A stretch of DNA of 64,000 nt from Mizuhopecten yessoensis (lineage: Eukaryota): positions 827,860-891,859 of the forward strand of contig NW_018480075.1 in assembly GCF_002113885.1 (NCBI RefSeq). The letters run 5' to 3'. A program made the position numbers and the translations under genes. The number at the start of each line of letters is the position of its first letter. The first letter of the stretch is position 1. Under the pieces are notes generated by a model. It had not been told where the DNA came from and did not search any database. It saw only the letters and a list, made by a program, of their open reading frames with translations. Shown piece after piece: positions 13,036 to 23,810 of the stretch.

Positions 13036-13543
13036 TTGGTTTGGTTTAGTATTGTTTAACGTCCTATCAACAGCTATGGTCATTAAAGGACGGCCTCCCC
13101 TTTGTGTAAGATGCATGAGTGTGGTGTATGAGTGTGTGTTTTGGGAGGCTGTGATATGTTCGTGTTTGTCTCCTTGTGATAGTGCGGAACTGATGCCAAC
13201 TTTATAATGCTACCTCACTGAAACATACTGCCGAAGACACCCCACCAGGTCACATTATAATTACAACGGGTGAACCAGTCGTCCCACTCCTAAATTGCTG
13301 AGCGTTAAGCAGGAGTAGAAGCTTTCATTTCTACAGACTCTGGTATGTCTCGGCCAGGGGACAGAACCCAAAGCCCGCCTCACAGGGGCGAACGCTCAAC
13401 TAAAGGCCAAAAGTGAGGCATTATCAAGGGAGACATTCGGAAGAAAAAAGCTGTTTAGAAAGAACAGAAAAGATAAGATCCCAAATTTAGTCGCCTCTTA
13501 CGATCATGCAATGGGGGCAGAGGTACAATTGTTACGCCCTACC
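13036..13543 (-). mobile_element. Full-length tRNA-derived SINE (Meta/MESC-like core) with 5' extension, (AAACC)n tail and 14-bp TSD
   Basis: Minus strand reads: ~125-nt extension, tRNA-like head (tggcctttagttgagcgttcgcc...gggttctgtcccctggccgag), core cctgcttaacgctcagca, and tail gataggacgttaaac...aaaccaaaccaaac. TSD tgtgcgttatgtgt (13022-13035) / tgtgcgttgtgtgt (13544-13557). Confidence 0.8.
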
Positions 13544-14479
13544 TGTGCGTTGTGTGTGAGGTAACCATGTTGTTTTGCATGTATCCTGTACGCAGAACGA
13601 GTGTGCGGACACGACCACATGTCTGTTATAAGGGAACGTTCTGTATTAATTCTTTGTTTCAATTGAGGTTTAATGATATGTTAGCCTTTGTGTACGAGAT
13701 AATGGTTTGTGATGTTGTCATTGTGTAATTCATTGCAACCTCACTATACTCTTTGCCCATGGTTCTGATTTAGACATGTTCTAACAATCCTCGTAAGGCC
13801 GAAAACGAGAGAGGAAAATATGCCTATAGCATCCTTCCCTCACATTTACATTTTCTCATTTTATATTTTTATTTCATTCTGGATTTTTGGGACTGTTTTT
13901 TTATTCCCAAAACTCCCAGAATTTGTATTGATTATGCTAATTCCCCTCTCTATTTCACCTTTGTAAAAAATCTAAATAAAAACTACATCCCATAGCAACA
14001 AACATGTGAATGTGCCCTTTTATCAACTGGAGTTCAATCAATTTCCATTAGGTCGTCAGAAATCAATACTACTGAAATGGCATGTATGATCATGGTTTCT
14101 CATCGAAGAACACTGTGAACTGCTGTAACATTTTCAAGTCGGTAATTTTGTGATAAATGATTTTTTTATATCTATCCTCTTTGTTGTGAAATCAGCTTTG
14201 TTGTTTTCGTTCATATTTGGTGAACCAAAACTTGTTTCTCTATTTTTCGATGCGTGATAAGTTGTTATTCTCATTTGTTCTCTCTTTCTCTGTATACTGT
14301 TTATTGTATTCCTGTAGGCTTTCACATAAAAGAATTGACACTCAAGACTAATTAAGCAGCGCTACAACCACCTCGATTCCCGATGGAAATAACATATTTA
14401 GGACCCTACGTTGATGGTTGTACATCTGACAGCCTCTAGTTGGAAGCATCTGCCATTTAAGGCCTGGAATCTTGCATTT

Positions 14480-15200
14480 AAGGCCACAACTGTAGACCTT
14501 ACATAGCTGTTGTAGCTATCTCGATCTATCGACCATATATATTGTTGCTACATGTACCTAACACTTCTATTCTCCCTTATTTGGAATCTGATACTATGGG
14601 CCATTGCGTGAAACTAAAGGTTGTTGCTATGCCACCTCTACCCGTCTCTATTTGGAATATGATATACAGGACCTTGCATCGTTGCTACCACTTCTCTCAG
14701 CCTTTAGTGACAATCTGATATTAAGGAACATACATGTGTATCGTCGCTATCACCTCCATCCATCTATATTTGGAATATGATACTTAAGACATTCGTTGCA
14801 ATTTGGCTACCATCTCTATCTGCCTCTCATAAAAAAATCCGATATTGAGAAACTTATATGTACATTGTTGCTACAACTTCTACCTAATCCATGTGTAAAT
14901 CAAATATTTGGGATGATCACTGTCGACGTTACATTGTTCTCATACCTCGTTCCGCCCCATAATGGAGTCTGGTATTAAGACTACAACTCTTGACCTTACA
15001 TTGACCTCCAGCCGGCCCTATCGGTAGTTTGATACACATGACCTTACATGGTTACTTCCACTTCCATGTGCCTCCAGTGACGGTCCTGTGTTCTACTAAG
15101 TATCTTTTCTTGTTGGAATCCAATTTTTGGGATCATCATTTTGGACTTAACAACTTTGATATTACCTCTACTGCAGCTATTGAGTATCTGATACCAAAGA
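14480..15200. repeat. Highly decayed ~60-65-bp minisatellite
   Basis: Recurrent tttggaat(c/a)tgata...gacctt.ca..gttgcta..acctct motif. Confidence 0.55.
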
Positions 15201-16126
15201 CTAAAATTCCAGACCTGACGCCTCCGATGTCTCTATCTATTTGACTCGACTATTTTTTGTGTGATATAAGTAACGGTCCTATTTCAATTGAAGCCGGTTG
15301 ATTTCGATAGAATGGCGTGTTTTCTGACATGAAGGAGAGCTAATGGCGTATATGTAATTGAATTCACTAATGGATGTCAATTCATTTCCCTGTCAATCAT
15401 TCAACCCCCTTTGCGGTAAGAAACGTCACGTGATCAATGGTAGACTCGTTTTGAAATCAATGCATCTATACATCTTGATAATATCATCCGAAAGGTCTCA
15501 ATTATAACAAAAGTAAAAAAATAGCAAAGAATAACTCTTTAAACTTAAATTCCACTTAAAATGACAACAACATGAACTCGGAAAGCACATATTAAGTTGA
15601 TTACGCTTTTCATTCCGGAGAACGTGGTTTTACCCACGCAATGTTTATTTGTAATAAACTAGATTATATATAGATCCATGTGACTGTCAAGTCTGTCTGA
15701 CAACGGGAAAAGTTCAATGCTCACATACGTGATACAATCGTTTCAAAACAGTCAAAGGTGATACGCAATAGTTTCATGATATACTATGCTTAGCAACAAT
15801 CGACGACAAAGACAATGATGATGACGATTTTGACGACGACGGATATAACGTGAGGATGATAATAAAACAAACAAACAATATTCATTCTGTAAGGGGGTTT
15901 ACTGATCATATATTTTAATTCCTACTTAAGTTGGACTCAATGCAACTACCAAATGTTACCTGTTTTATTTGCCGATGAATTTGACCAGGGGTGCGTTGCA
16001 AACCTTTCAGCCGATTGTTAAGCGCTCAAGTAACCTCTACAACGCCAATGAGCGCTGAAAACACAACAAATAGGGCTGGCCTAGTGAAATAAAAGAAGAC
16101 GGTGACCTGTACACTTTGTTACTGGA

Positions 16127-18270
16127 GAACTTGGAAGAAATAACCCGACAATGTCATGCGTGGTTGCTAAATGCATCATTAAGGAAACCCTTGCTCATGT
16201 CACGGATTATGCGTACAACATTGTGCCGATGTTCAGCGACGACGACTTCAGGATGCGTCTGTGTCTGTGAGTTCAACATGTTTAGTTTTTATTCTGTTAG
16301 TGTAAGAATTCATTTTACCATCAATTACCTATGATGATGATATGTGATTTTCTCGTTTAGTTATATAGTTGTAAACCATTGTAACAGTCACGTTAACCAT
16401 GTGGTTAATGCCTCTCCATGCTGTCCATTAATAGTAGACTCAACAACACTGGTTAAACGAACCACTGCAAATTTGTGCCAAGTTTTACTAGTTTATGATA
16501 TTGCAAATAGCTACTAGTCTATAACAAGCCACCTTTTACCCGTTTCTTAGAATATTGTACTGAGTAACTTCTAGATAATCTGCAAACAAATTTAACGTTT
16601 CGGCCTCATATAGTAGAATTTGTTGCAGCTGTATATTTTTACCTAAAATGAAGTTTAGGTCCTCCAAAAAAAGCTGTAACAAATTCTCAGGTGCCAAAGG
16701 TCCAGCAGAGTATAACCGGTATATGTTTAAAAATAATGTCAAATATTTGTTTTATTAGAATTGATTCAAATATTTGTTTTATTAGAAATGATTAGAAATT
16801 GAAGCAGTTAGAATCTACTTTAAAATCTGTGGAATTTGATGTTTTTGATTAAAGCTGGAACATTTCATTGAAAAATGTAATAGTTTGAGGCAATACTTTG
16901 GTATGTTGTGGAAATTGATATTGTTCTACATATCTACTGGATAATGCAGACATTCATCTGCTAGTTTGGCAAAGGCTGCACCTATATCTTATCTTTACTT
17001 TATATTCTTTTACAGAAACTTGTCGAAGAAATTAGTTCTAAAATTAGTCGATGTGAGAAAGTCAGATTGGAAACCAAGATCTTGGCAAGTTTATGGATTT
17101 TGAAGAACCAGGAATAATATCGCGGTGTTGCAGACATATTTGGACTTGAAAAGGGTCAACTGCCTATGATTTTCTGCAATTCTGAGACAGTGTAGTAAGC
17201 ATCGGCCAAAAGTACACTGAATGGCCAAGTGTGTCACGTGCTGATGTTATCATGAAATCATTTGAGGAGAAATCATCTATCCCAAATGTGATTGGATACA
17301 TTGATGGCAGTTACATCAACTTAGCTTGTCAACAAACAGAATATCGAGCAAGTTATATTATCGAAAAGGTCTGCACAGCTTTATGTAAATAAAGTTAACA
17401 AATATACCTGTAAAATCATATACTATCAATACTATTGTTCCGGCATGAAACTATTATTCCTTGAGTGACATATACAGACTTTAACGATTGTTTTACACTC
17501 TTACTACTAGAACTAGTAACTTGTATCGCATGTTTGTAATGTTGTTTTGTTTGTGACATCTTTAAGGCTGATTCAAGATTTAGTCTGCAAATTTCCATTG
17601 TAGTGAAATATAACACATTCAATACTACAAGCTATATCAATACACAAAAGTATCTGCAGCATTGTTTTGATTGAGACAAAACAAAACTGCATATATGTAT
17701 TTTAAACATGCACGTAAATTTACTTATATACATTGTTTTGGGGGTTTTTTTTAACAGGCAATATTTCCATGCAGCTTTAGGCAGTGTGTCATCACGAAAT
17801 GAAGTTCACCGATGTCTACACAGGTTAGCCTGAATCTGTCCATGATGCCCGTGTATTCCAAGCAAGCCCTCTGTCTACTTATTTGGAACAAAATGGTATT
17901 TGCAATGATGGACTTATTTTGGGAGATTCTGCTTGTCCATTACATACTTATCTTATAACATCATATAGGAACAACGGTCATCCAAGCACCTGTCAAAAGA
18001 AATATAACTTCTTGCAAAGTTCCTGTAGATAGATCTGTTAGAGAAAGGGCTTTTGCTCAACTCAAGGGAACATTTAGATGACTGCAGTATCTGGATATGC
18101 AGAAGATTGAGAAGGTACCAGACGTGATACTGACTGCTTGTGTTCTTCACAACTATATCCTCTGCCATGAATCCTCAAGTGAAACTCGGGATGAAGATGA
18201 TTTTAGAATGTCCTTTTAGGATGTGACATACAAGAACAAAGTAAGAACGGTTGCACCAAGAGGGATAGAT
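16127..18270 (+). pseudogene. Harbinger (HARBI1-like, DDE_Tnp_4) transposase pseudogene, 3 exons (~16127-16266, 17016-17368, 17758-~18270)
   Basis: YAYNIVPMFSDDDFRM | ILASLWILKNQE*YRGVADIFGL...EWPS...IPNVIGYIDGSYI...RK | GNISMQL*AVCH..KFTDVYTG*PESVHDARVF...ILGDSACPL..YLIT.Y...YN...ERAFAQLKGTFR*L...ILTACVLHNY. Removing the GT-AG intron 17369-17757 restores the RKG..S.QL.AVC motif. Confidence 0.9.
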
Positions 18271-18413
18271 AACATTTATTGAAGTTATACTCAACTTTCT
18301 TGTGTGTAGAATTGGATAACAGAATAATTCTGCAAATATTTGAAAATTTTCTATCTTTATATACACATGTATAATATGTTGACATGTATTGTTAAATACT
18401 CCTCAATTGCCAA

Positions 18414-18908
18414 ATGAGACTGAGTGGATTGTTTGTGTTATGACACTGAATGGATTGTTTGTGTTATGAGACTGAGTGGATTGTTTGTGTTATGAGGCTA
18501 AGTGGATTGTTTGTGTTATGAGACTGAGTGGATTGTTTGTGTTATGGGACTGAGTGGAATGTTTGTGGTATGAGACTGCGTGGATTGTTTGTGTTATGGG
18601 ACTGAGTGGATTGTTTGTGGTATGAGACAGAGTGGATTGTTTGTGGTATGAGACTGAGTGGAATGTTTGTGGTATGAGATTGAGTGGATTGTTTGTGGTA
18701 TGATACTGAGTGGAATGTTTGTGGTATGAGATTGAGTGGATTGTTTGTGGTATGATACTGAGTGGATTGTTTGTGTTATGAGACTGAGTGGATTGTTTGT
18801 GTTATGGGACTGAGTTGATTGTTTGTGTTATGAGACTGAGTGGATTGTTTGTGTTATTGGACTGAGTGGATTGTTTGTGGTATGAGACTGAGTGGATTGT
18901 TTTTGGTA
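18414..18908. repeat. 26-bp minisatellite (atgagactgagtggattgtttgtg(t/g)t), ~19 copies
   Basis: Direct inspection, period 26; lies between the two Harbinger genes. Confidence 0.95.
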
Positions 18909-19518
18909 TCATTTACTTGTTTTCGTATATACTGCTGATAACAATTAAAATACTGATGAAATGTCACATGTCTTGCTTTGTCCCTGTCCCTGTGTGCACA
19001 AAGTGCAGTTAAGCTGATATCACAAGCAAGAACAAGGTCTAATAAAAATGTGAATGTAAAATGAAGCAGAAAACAAAAACAAAACAAAGTGAAAAAGGTA
19101 AAATTAATATATATATTCCATGAGAGCATTTAAGTATGTCATTATTCTACTTAGCATTACATAAATGGCAGTTTCTACTGATGAAGGACCATGGCATAAA
19201 GGAGTGGCATGTCTGCAGACATGGACACAATACATCTGAAAATTTACAATAGCTAGACATGAATATAGAAATAAAAGGAAATTATATATTCAGTCCTTGG
19301 TACGTACCCATTTGATAATTCTGCATTGCAGATTATAACATGGATGACATAATGATTTTATATTGATGCAACATACCAAAAAGAAGTTTGTTTTATTTTG
19401 ATTGTTAAAACCAGAAACTGGTTTCTCAGTAAAATAACATGTTTCCTGCATATATTCAAATGTGCCGAAATATCAAAATCAAATAACCATCATTTTAAAC
19501 TTGTTTAACTGTTTAAAG

Positions 19519-20245
19519 ATCTGTTGAATACAAATGCTACGATCGACATTGTCCACAAACAAGAGCAAATATCCTGCATATGATTAGTTGCCAGATCTTT
19601 TGTTTGACAACACATTATCAGGGCCACATGCATGTACTTCCCAAACTTCACAGGCTTTAGTTGCAAGTTCCCAATCCTCAACATCAAAGGGAGGTAGGTT
19701 TATTTATCGCATAATGTAACTTAAGTACTTGTACATTCTACAATTACGTTAAAAAAAACATTTTTGCAAGGCACAAAAAAAAAAATATACATTCGCTGGA
19801 TCAGTTTTATAAATCTGGTCATGAACAGTAATAAGTATTATGCTGATGGTATTTTGAAATCTTTGCAATAATTGTATTTAAACAAATTACAGATGACAAC
19901 TTTAGATGGACAGCAGCCTCAACGAAGTGCCTGATTGAGAAGAACAGGCATTTTTAAAGCAAATTCAAAACCTCTGTTAAGAAGAAGTCCGTCTGAAAAA
20001 TGATTGCTGCAGATATGAGGGAAAAGGGTCATAATGTACATTGGCAGGTGTGTGAGAAAAAGTGGAGAAGTATTAAGCAACATTACAAGACAGTTGTAGA
20101 TAACAGCAAAAAACTGGCAACCAAAGGAATATTTTGATTTGATGAATGACATTTTAATTGGAGAACCATCAATCCAACCCCATAAGACCATCGGTTCTAT
20201 GGGTTCAAGTGAAAAGCAACCAGTACAGACAACGGCACATATGTG
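19519..20245 (+). pseudogene. Myb/SANT (trihelix) DNA-binding protein pseudogene of the Harbinger element
   Basis: Exon from 19893: DNFRWTAASTKCLIE..KKKSV*KMIAADMREKGHNVHWQVCEKKWRSIKQHYKTVVDNSKK..EYFDLMNDIL. An upstream exon ending at 19693 (gtaggt donor) joins in phase. Confidence 0.8.
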
Positions 20246-20822
20246 ATGTTTGTTCGTATTGTTGCTTAAAGGTTAGTTGAGCTTTCTTTTAGTGATAGGT
20301 TTTACTTAGAAATGCGGCAAGAGTTAAAAAATACCGAATTTTGTCATTTTTTGGAGGAAGTCCGAACGTCGTCCCGAGGATCTCGAACGGAAAGTCCGAC
20401 ACCTTGTTGATTAATATGTAAGTAGTGGATTTTGGGTTTTAGCTCAGGTATTAAATACCAGATACAAGCGCCTGTGTTTCGAGCTAGTAAAAAGATGGCT
20501 GCCGTAGACTCGCAGCTGAGCGTGTGAACCGCATCTAGACATTATTCTTCCGCGATGACGCATCAAAACAATTGATATCTTATGAATTTATCAACAAACA
20601 AACAAAATATGACATGTAAAATATGGTTTTGTGTTTTATTTTTTACATAATTTGACTGTATTGAACTACCAACGTTGTATGATGATCATTCAATGACAGA
20701 TTATATTTTATTTACATTACATCAATACGTAGACTTACACAAGCTCCAGAACCTGGGACAAACGATCAGAATAGACTTCACAAGTTCCAATTATTGAGAG
20801 AAAAAACACGTTGATTGAAAAA

Positions 20823-20971
20823 TAAGGATTGAATCTTGCTTTGGTCGATTTCATTGGGTGATGAATTGAGTTGGTCTTGAAACAAATTCAACATGAAGTT
20901 CATTAAATTCGTTTCAATACCAACTCAATTCATTACCCCATGAAATCGACCAAAGCATGATTCAATCCTTA
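20823..20971. mobile_element. Near-perfect 149-bp palindrome (foldback MITE-like)
   Basis: taaggattgaatcttgctttggtcgatttcat...aatt pairs with aattcgtttcaataccaactcaattcattaccccatgaaatcgaccaaagcatgattcaatcctta. Confidence 0.8.
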
Positions 20972-21438
20972 AGTAAATATGATGAAGATACAAACATACA
21001 CAGCGTGTCGTTAGTGTAAAATGAAACCTCTTTATCACATAACTGACCCATTTTACTATGTCATATATGGCCATGTCATTAAAATGGTATTACACACGTG
21101 TAATAAAACCTAAAGGTGCTGCGATTGGTAAAAAAACATGGGAACATATCCCTACGCCACTACAGGTACTACTTTTATTTACTCTACCACATGATACATT
21201 TACTGTTATTTTAAATGAATTTGAAATGTTGATTTTGTCATTATTATGTTCATTGCATTAAGGCCTGAACCTGCTCAGTCATAAAAAAATAAGAATTGTA
21301 ATCTTTATCTGCTTTTCACTGTGCGGACCGACAATACTATGATCAGAGTACTTTGATTTTGACCTATATAGAGTCGGCTGATAACACATAATTGTGCTTC
21401 AAATTATAAAGGTTATTTGATAAATATAATCTTAGATT

Positions 21439-21500
21439 CGTGCCCATGTCATTTTGAATTTATTAAACTCGCTCAATAAATTAAATAGGACATGGACACG
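21439..21500. repeat. Imperfect 62-bp inverted repeat
   Basis: cgtgcccatgtcattttgaatttatt / aataaattaaataggacatggacacg. Confidence 0.6.
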
Positions 21501-23549
21501 CATGCAACATGAACGATTAACAAATATAGGAGATAATGAAATTGCACTGACAAACCTACCATTAAAGGACAGTGGAATCCCAACAGTAAACTAAAGGTGT
21601 GGAGCTACGTCTTTATCGACGTTCGTATAGAACTAATTATTAGTATTAGTCCCTTATAATGATGCTAAGTAACATATAGAGTTCACTGCTTGTAATAAAC
21701 CCCACAGAAGCTGATGTACCTTGTATTCTCAACAATTATACAAGGATTACGGGATAACAGATAAATTAAGGCCATTTTTCCGTACGACGATAGGGAGATA
21801 GTAGGACGCAAACGAGTTGATATAATGATCGGGGAGTCTCGCTGCGAAAATCGATGAAAGTTGTTATACGCTTAAATCCTGCCGACGCCTCGTGACAATG
21901 TTCGGTGCCGTGAGTATTTTCTACTATATAACACTGGCACTGCCACAGTGACAGTTCCTTATGCTGGCAGCTGTATATGTCATCTAACGCCTGGACGCAA
22001 ATCACTGGAAACAAAGAACCAAAAAAGTATATTCTGTTACAGCTTACGGTGGTTCAAGCATGTTGGAGTAGTGTATTTTCGCTGTTCGACACACACTGGA
22101 ACTCGGATTTGCTGTTTACAGTATTTGGTTTCGGAGAACAGGCTTATTGAACGGGTTCTATCTCAAATACTTATATGTGCAGGAATTCATGCTGTCTTAA
22201 TGAAGGTACTTATATTTTCATTATTTTCCTATACAAAAACAAAATAGTTTCTTTATCTTAACTTAACAGTTTTATTTGTCTCCATTATATTTGCATGTAT
22301 GACGTGTTGTCAAGGTATGTATAGAGCTTGAAAGTCTATATTATATTTTCAGTGATATCTACTTATTATATCGCATAAATGTATATATGTCAATTTCAGC
22401 GAATCTCGATTTGAATCATGTTTTTTGTAAGAATGTGTCAATTTTACATTGGGTACTCACAGTATATTGCCGAAAGACAATAAGCAGATCGTGTCAGCGA
22501 ATGCATTATGTGTCAATTTGAATAAAGGCTATTGTTGTTTAAACGCAGGAGTTTATTAATTGTGTGCTTTATTGACAAAATGAATGCATAACAAAGGTGA
22601 GCATCGTTTTATATAATTTCTGTTTAATTTTAGCATAAATTATCTTTTTTATTCGAAGTGATACATTTTTAACGTTATACACGTTTGGTAGCTTCATTTC
22701 CCCTTCCCATGTATTCTACGTACGTTTAGTTCGAAACACTTTGTAATTCTTTTGATCTTAAAGTATCACTGTTAGTCCTAAATTCAAGAAATGGCAATAA
22801 GGTACAATATTTTTATAATTTACATGGTATTTATATTTATCCATTTATTATGTATCTATTTACTTTGTTTGGCTCTCTGCATCGACATACTCATTTTTGA
22901 AACAGGTGCTTCCTTCTGAGTTTTTCTAGTGATTCATGATTTAAATCTGCGTTGTCTATATGACGTTGACTTGGTAAACTTCTCTCTTAAAAGAAGAGGT
23001 TGCTTTCACGACGTTTACTGTTTCAGTAATCAATTTAAACAAAATCACCTGAATTGATGTATATTTCTGTAATCAATATCTATCAAAATTCCTTTGTTTG
23101 CCGGAAGGATGTCACAATACTGCTGATTGCTTTTTATGTATGAAGGTTATCAATTACATAAATCGTTTTTTCAGTTGAATTGTTTTTTTACTATATAAAG
23201 GGTTTACATTCCATTAATCTCTCTTTCAAGAGAGTTGCGTTACTTCATTAATCTTTGTTTCAGCATTTTGTCAGTAAAGGGAGCTCAATGTCGTAAAGGA
23301 CTCTTTCAGTAGGAGTGTCGGTACAACGGTATTCCTCACTACCTAACTAATGACAAACATAGCGAATGTACTTTTACTATGGTTAATTTACTGTTCTCAA
23401 AAGTAAACACCCTGCCTCCCTTGCTTATGGAGTATACGTGTTATAGTTGATTAGCTACTTAAGAGTTTACAACGAAATAGATGTATCCCGTTGAACAACA
23501 CTTTCTTGGCGACGGTTTTCTACCGAAGATGTAATATTTTGTACATTTT

Positions 23550-23810
23550 GTCTTTGTATGTTGATACTGTGGTACATGTACCATTTTTGACGCTTTGTCC
23601 TGGTGTGTTGACGCTGTGGTACATTTTGTCCTGGTGTGTTGACGCTGTGGTATAATTTGTCCTGTAGAGTTGACGTTGTGGTATACTTTCTCCTGGAGTG
23701 TTGACGTTGTGGTATGGTTTGTCCTGGAGTGTTGACGCTGTGGTATAGTTTGTCCATGTCTGTTGACGCTGTGGTATAGTTTGTCCTGGACTGTTGACGC
23801 TGTGGTATAT
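23550..23810. repeat. 31-bp minisatellite (tgttgacgctgtggtatagtttgtcctggag), ~8 copies
   Basis: Period 31 (e.g. ttgacg at 23701 and 23732). Confidence 0.9.

Larger units (their letters stand above)
15989..20245 (+). mobile_element. Decayed PIF/Harbinger DNA transposon (transposase plus Myb/SANT gene), right end not found
   Basis: Putative left TIR cag|gggtgcgttgcaaac, followed by transposase and Myb remnants in tandem on the plus strand. Confidence 0.85.

Noticed and set aside
16560-16630. ANKFNVSAS segment as a Harbinger HTH exon
   Set aside because: The better HTH match (YRGVADIFGL) is in the exon starting at 17016; this segment falls in the inferred intron.
18414-18908. CRISPR-like appearance of the 26-, 31- and 42-bp arrays
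   Set aside because: Units are head-to-tail without unique spacers, there are no cas genes, and the context is eukaryotic.
21745-21765. Resemblance of gggataacag to mitochondrial 16S or the I-SceI site
   Set aside because: Only ~10 nt match and flanks unrelated.
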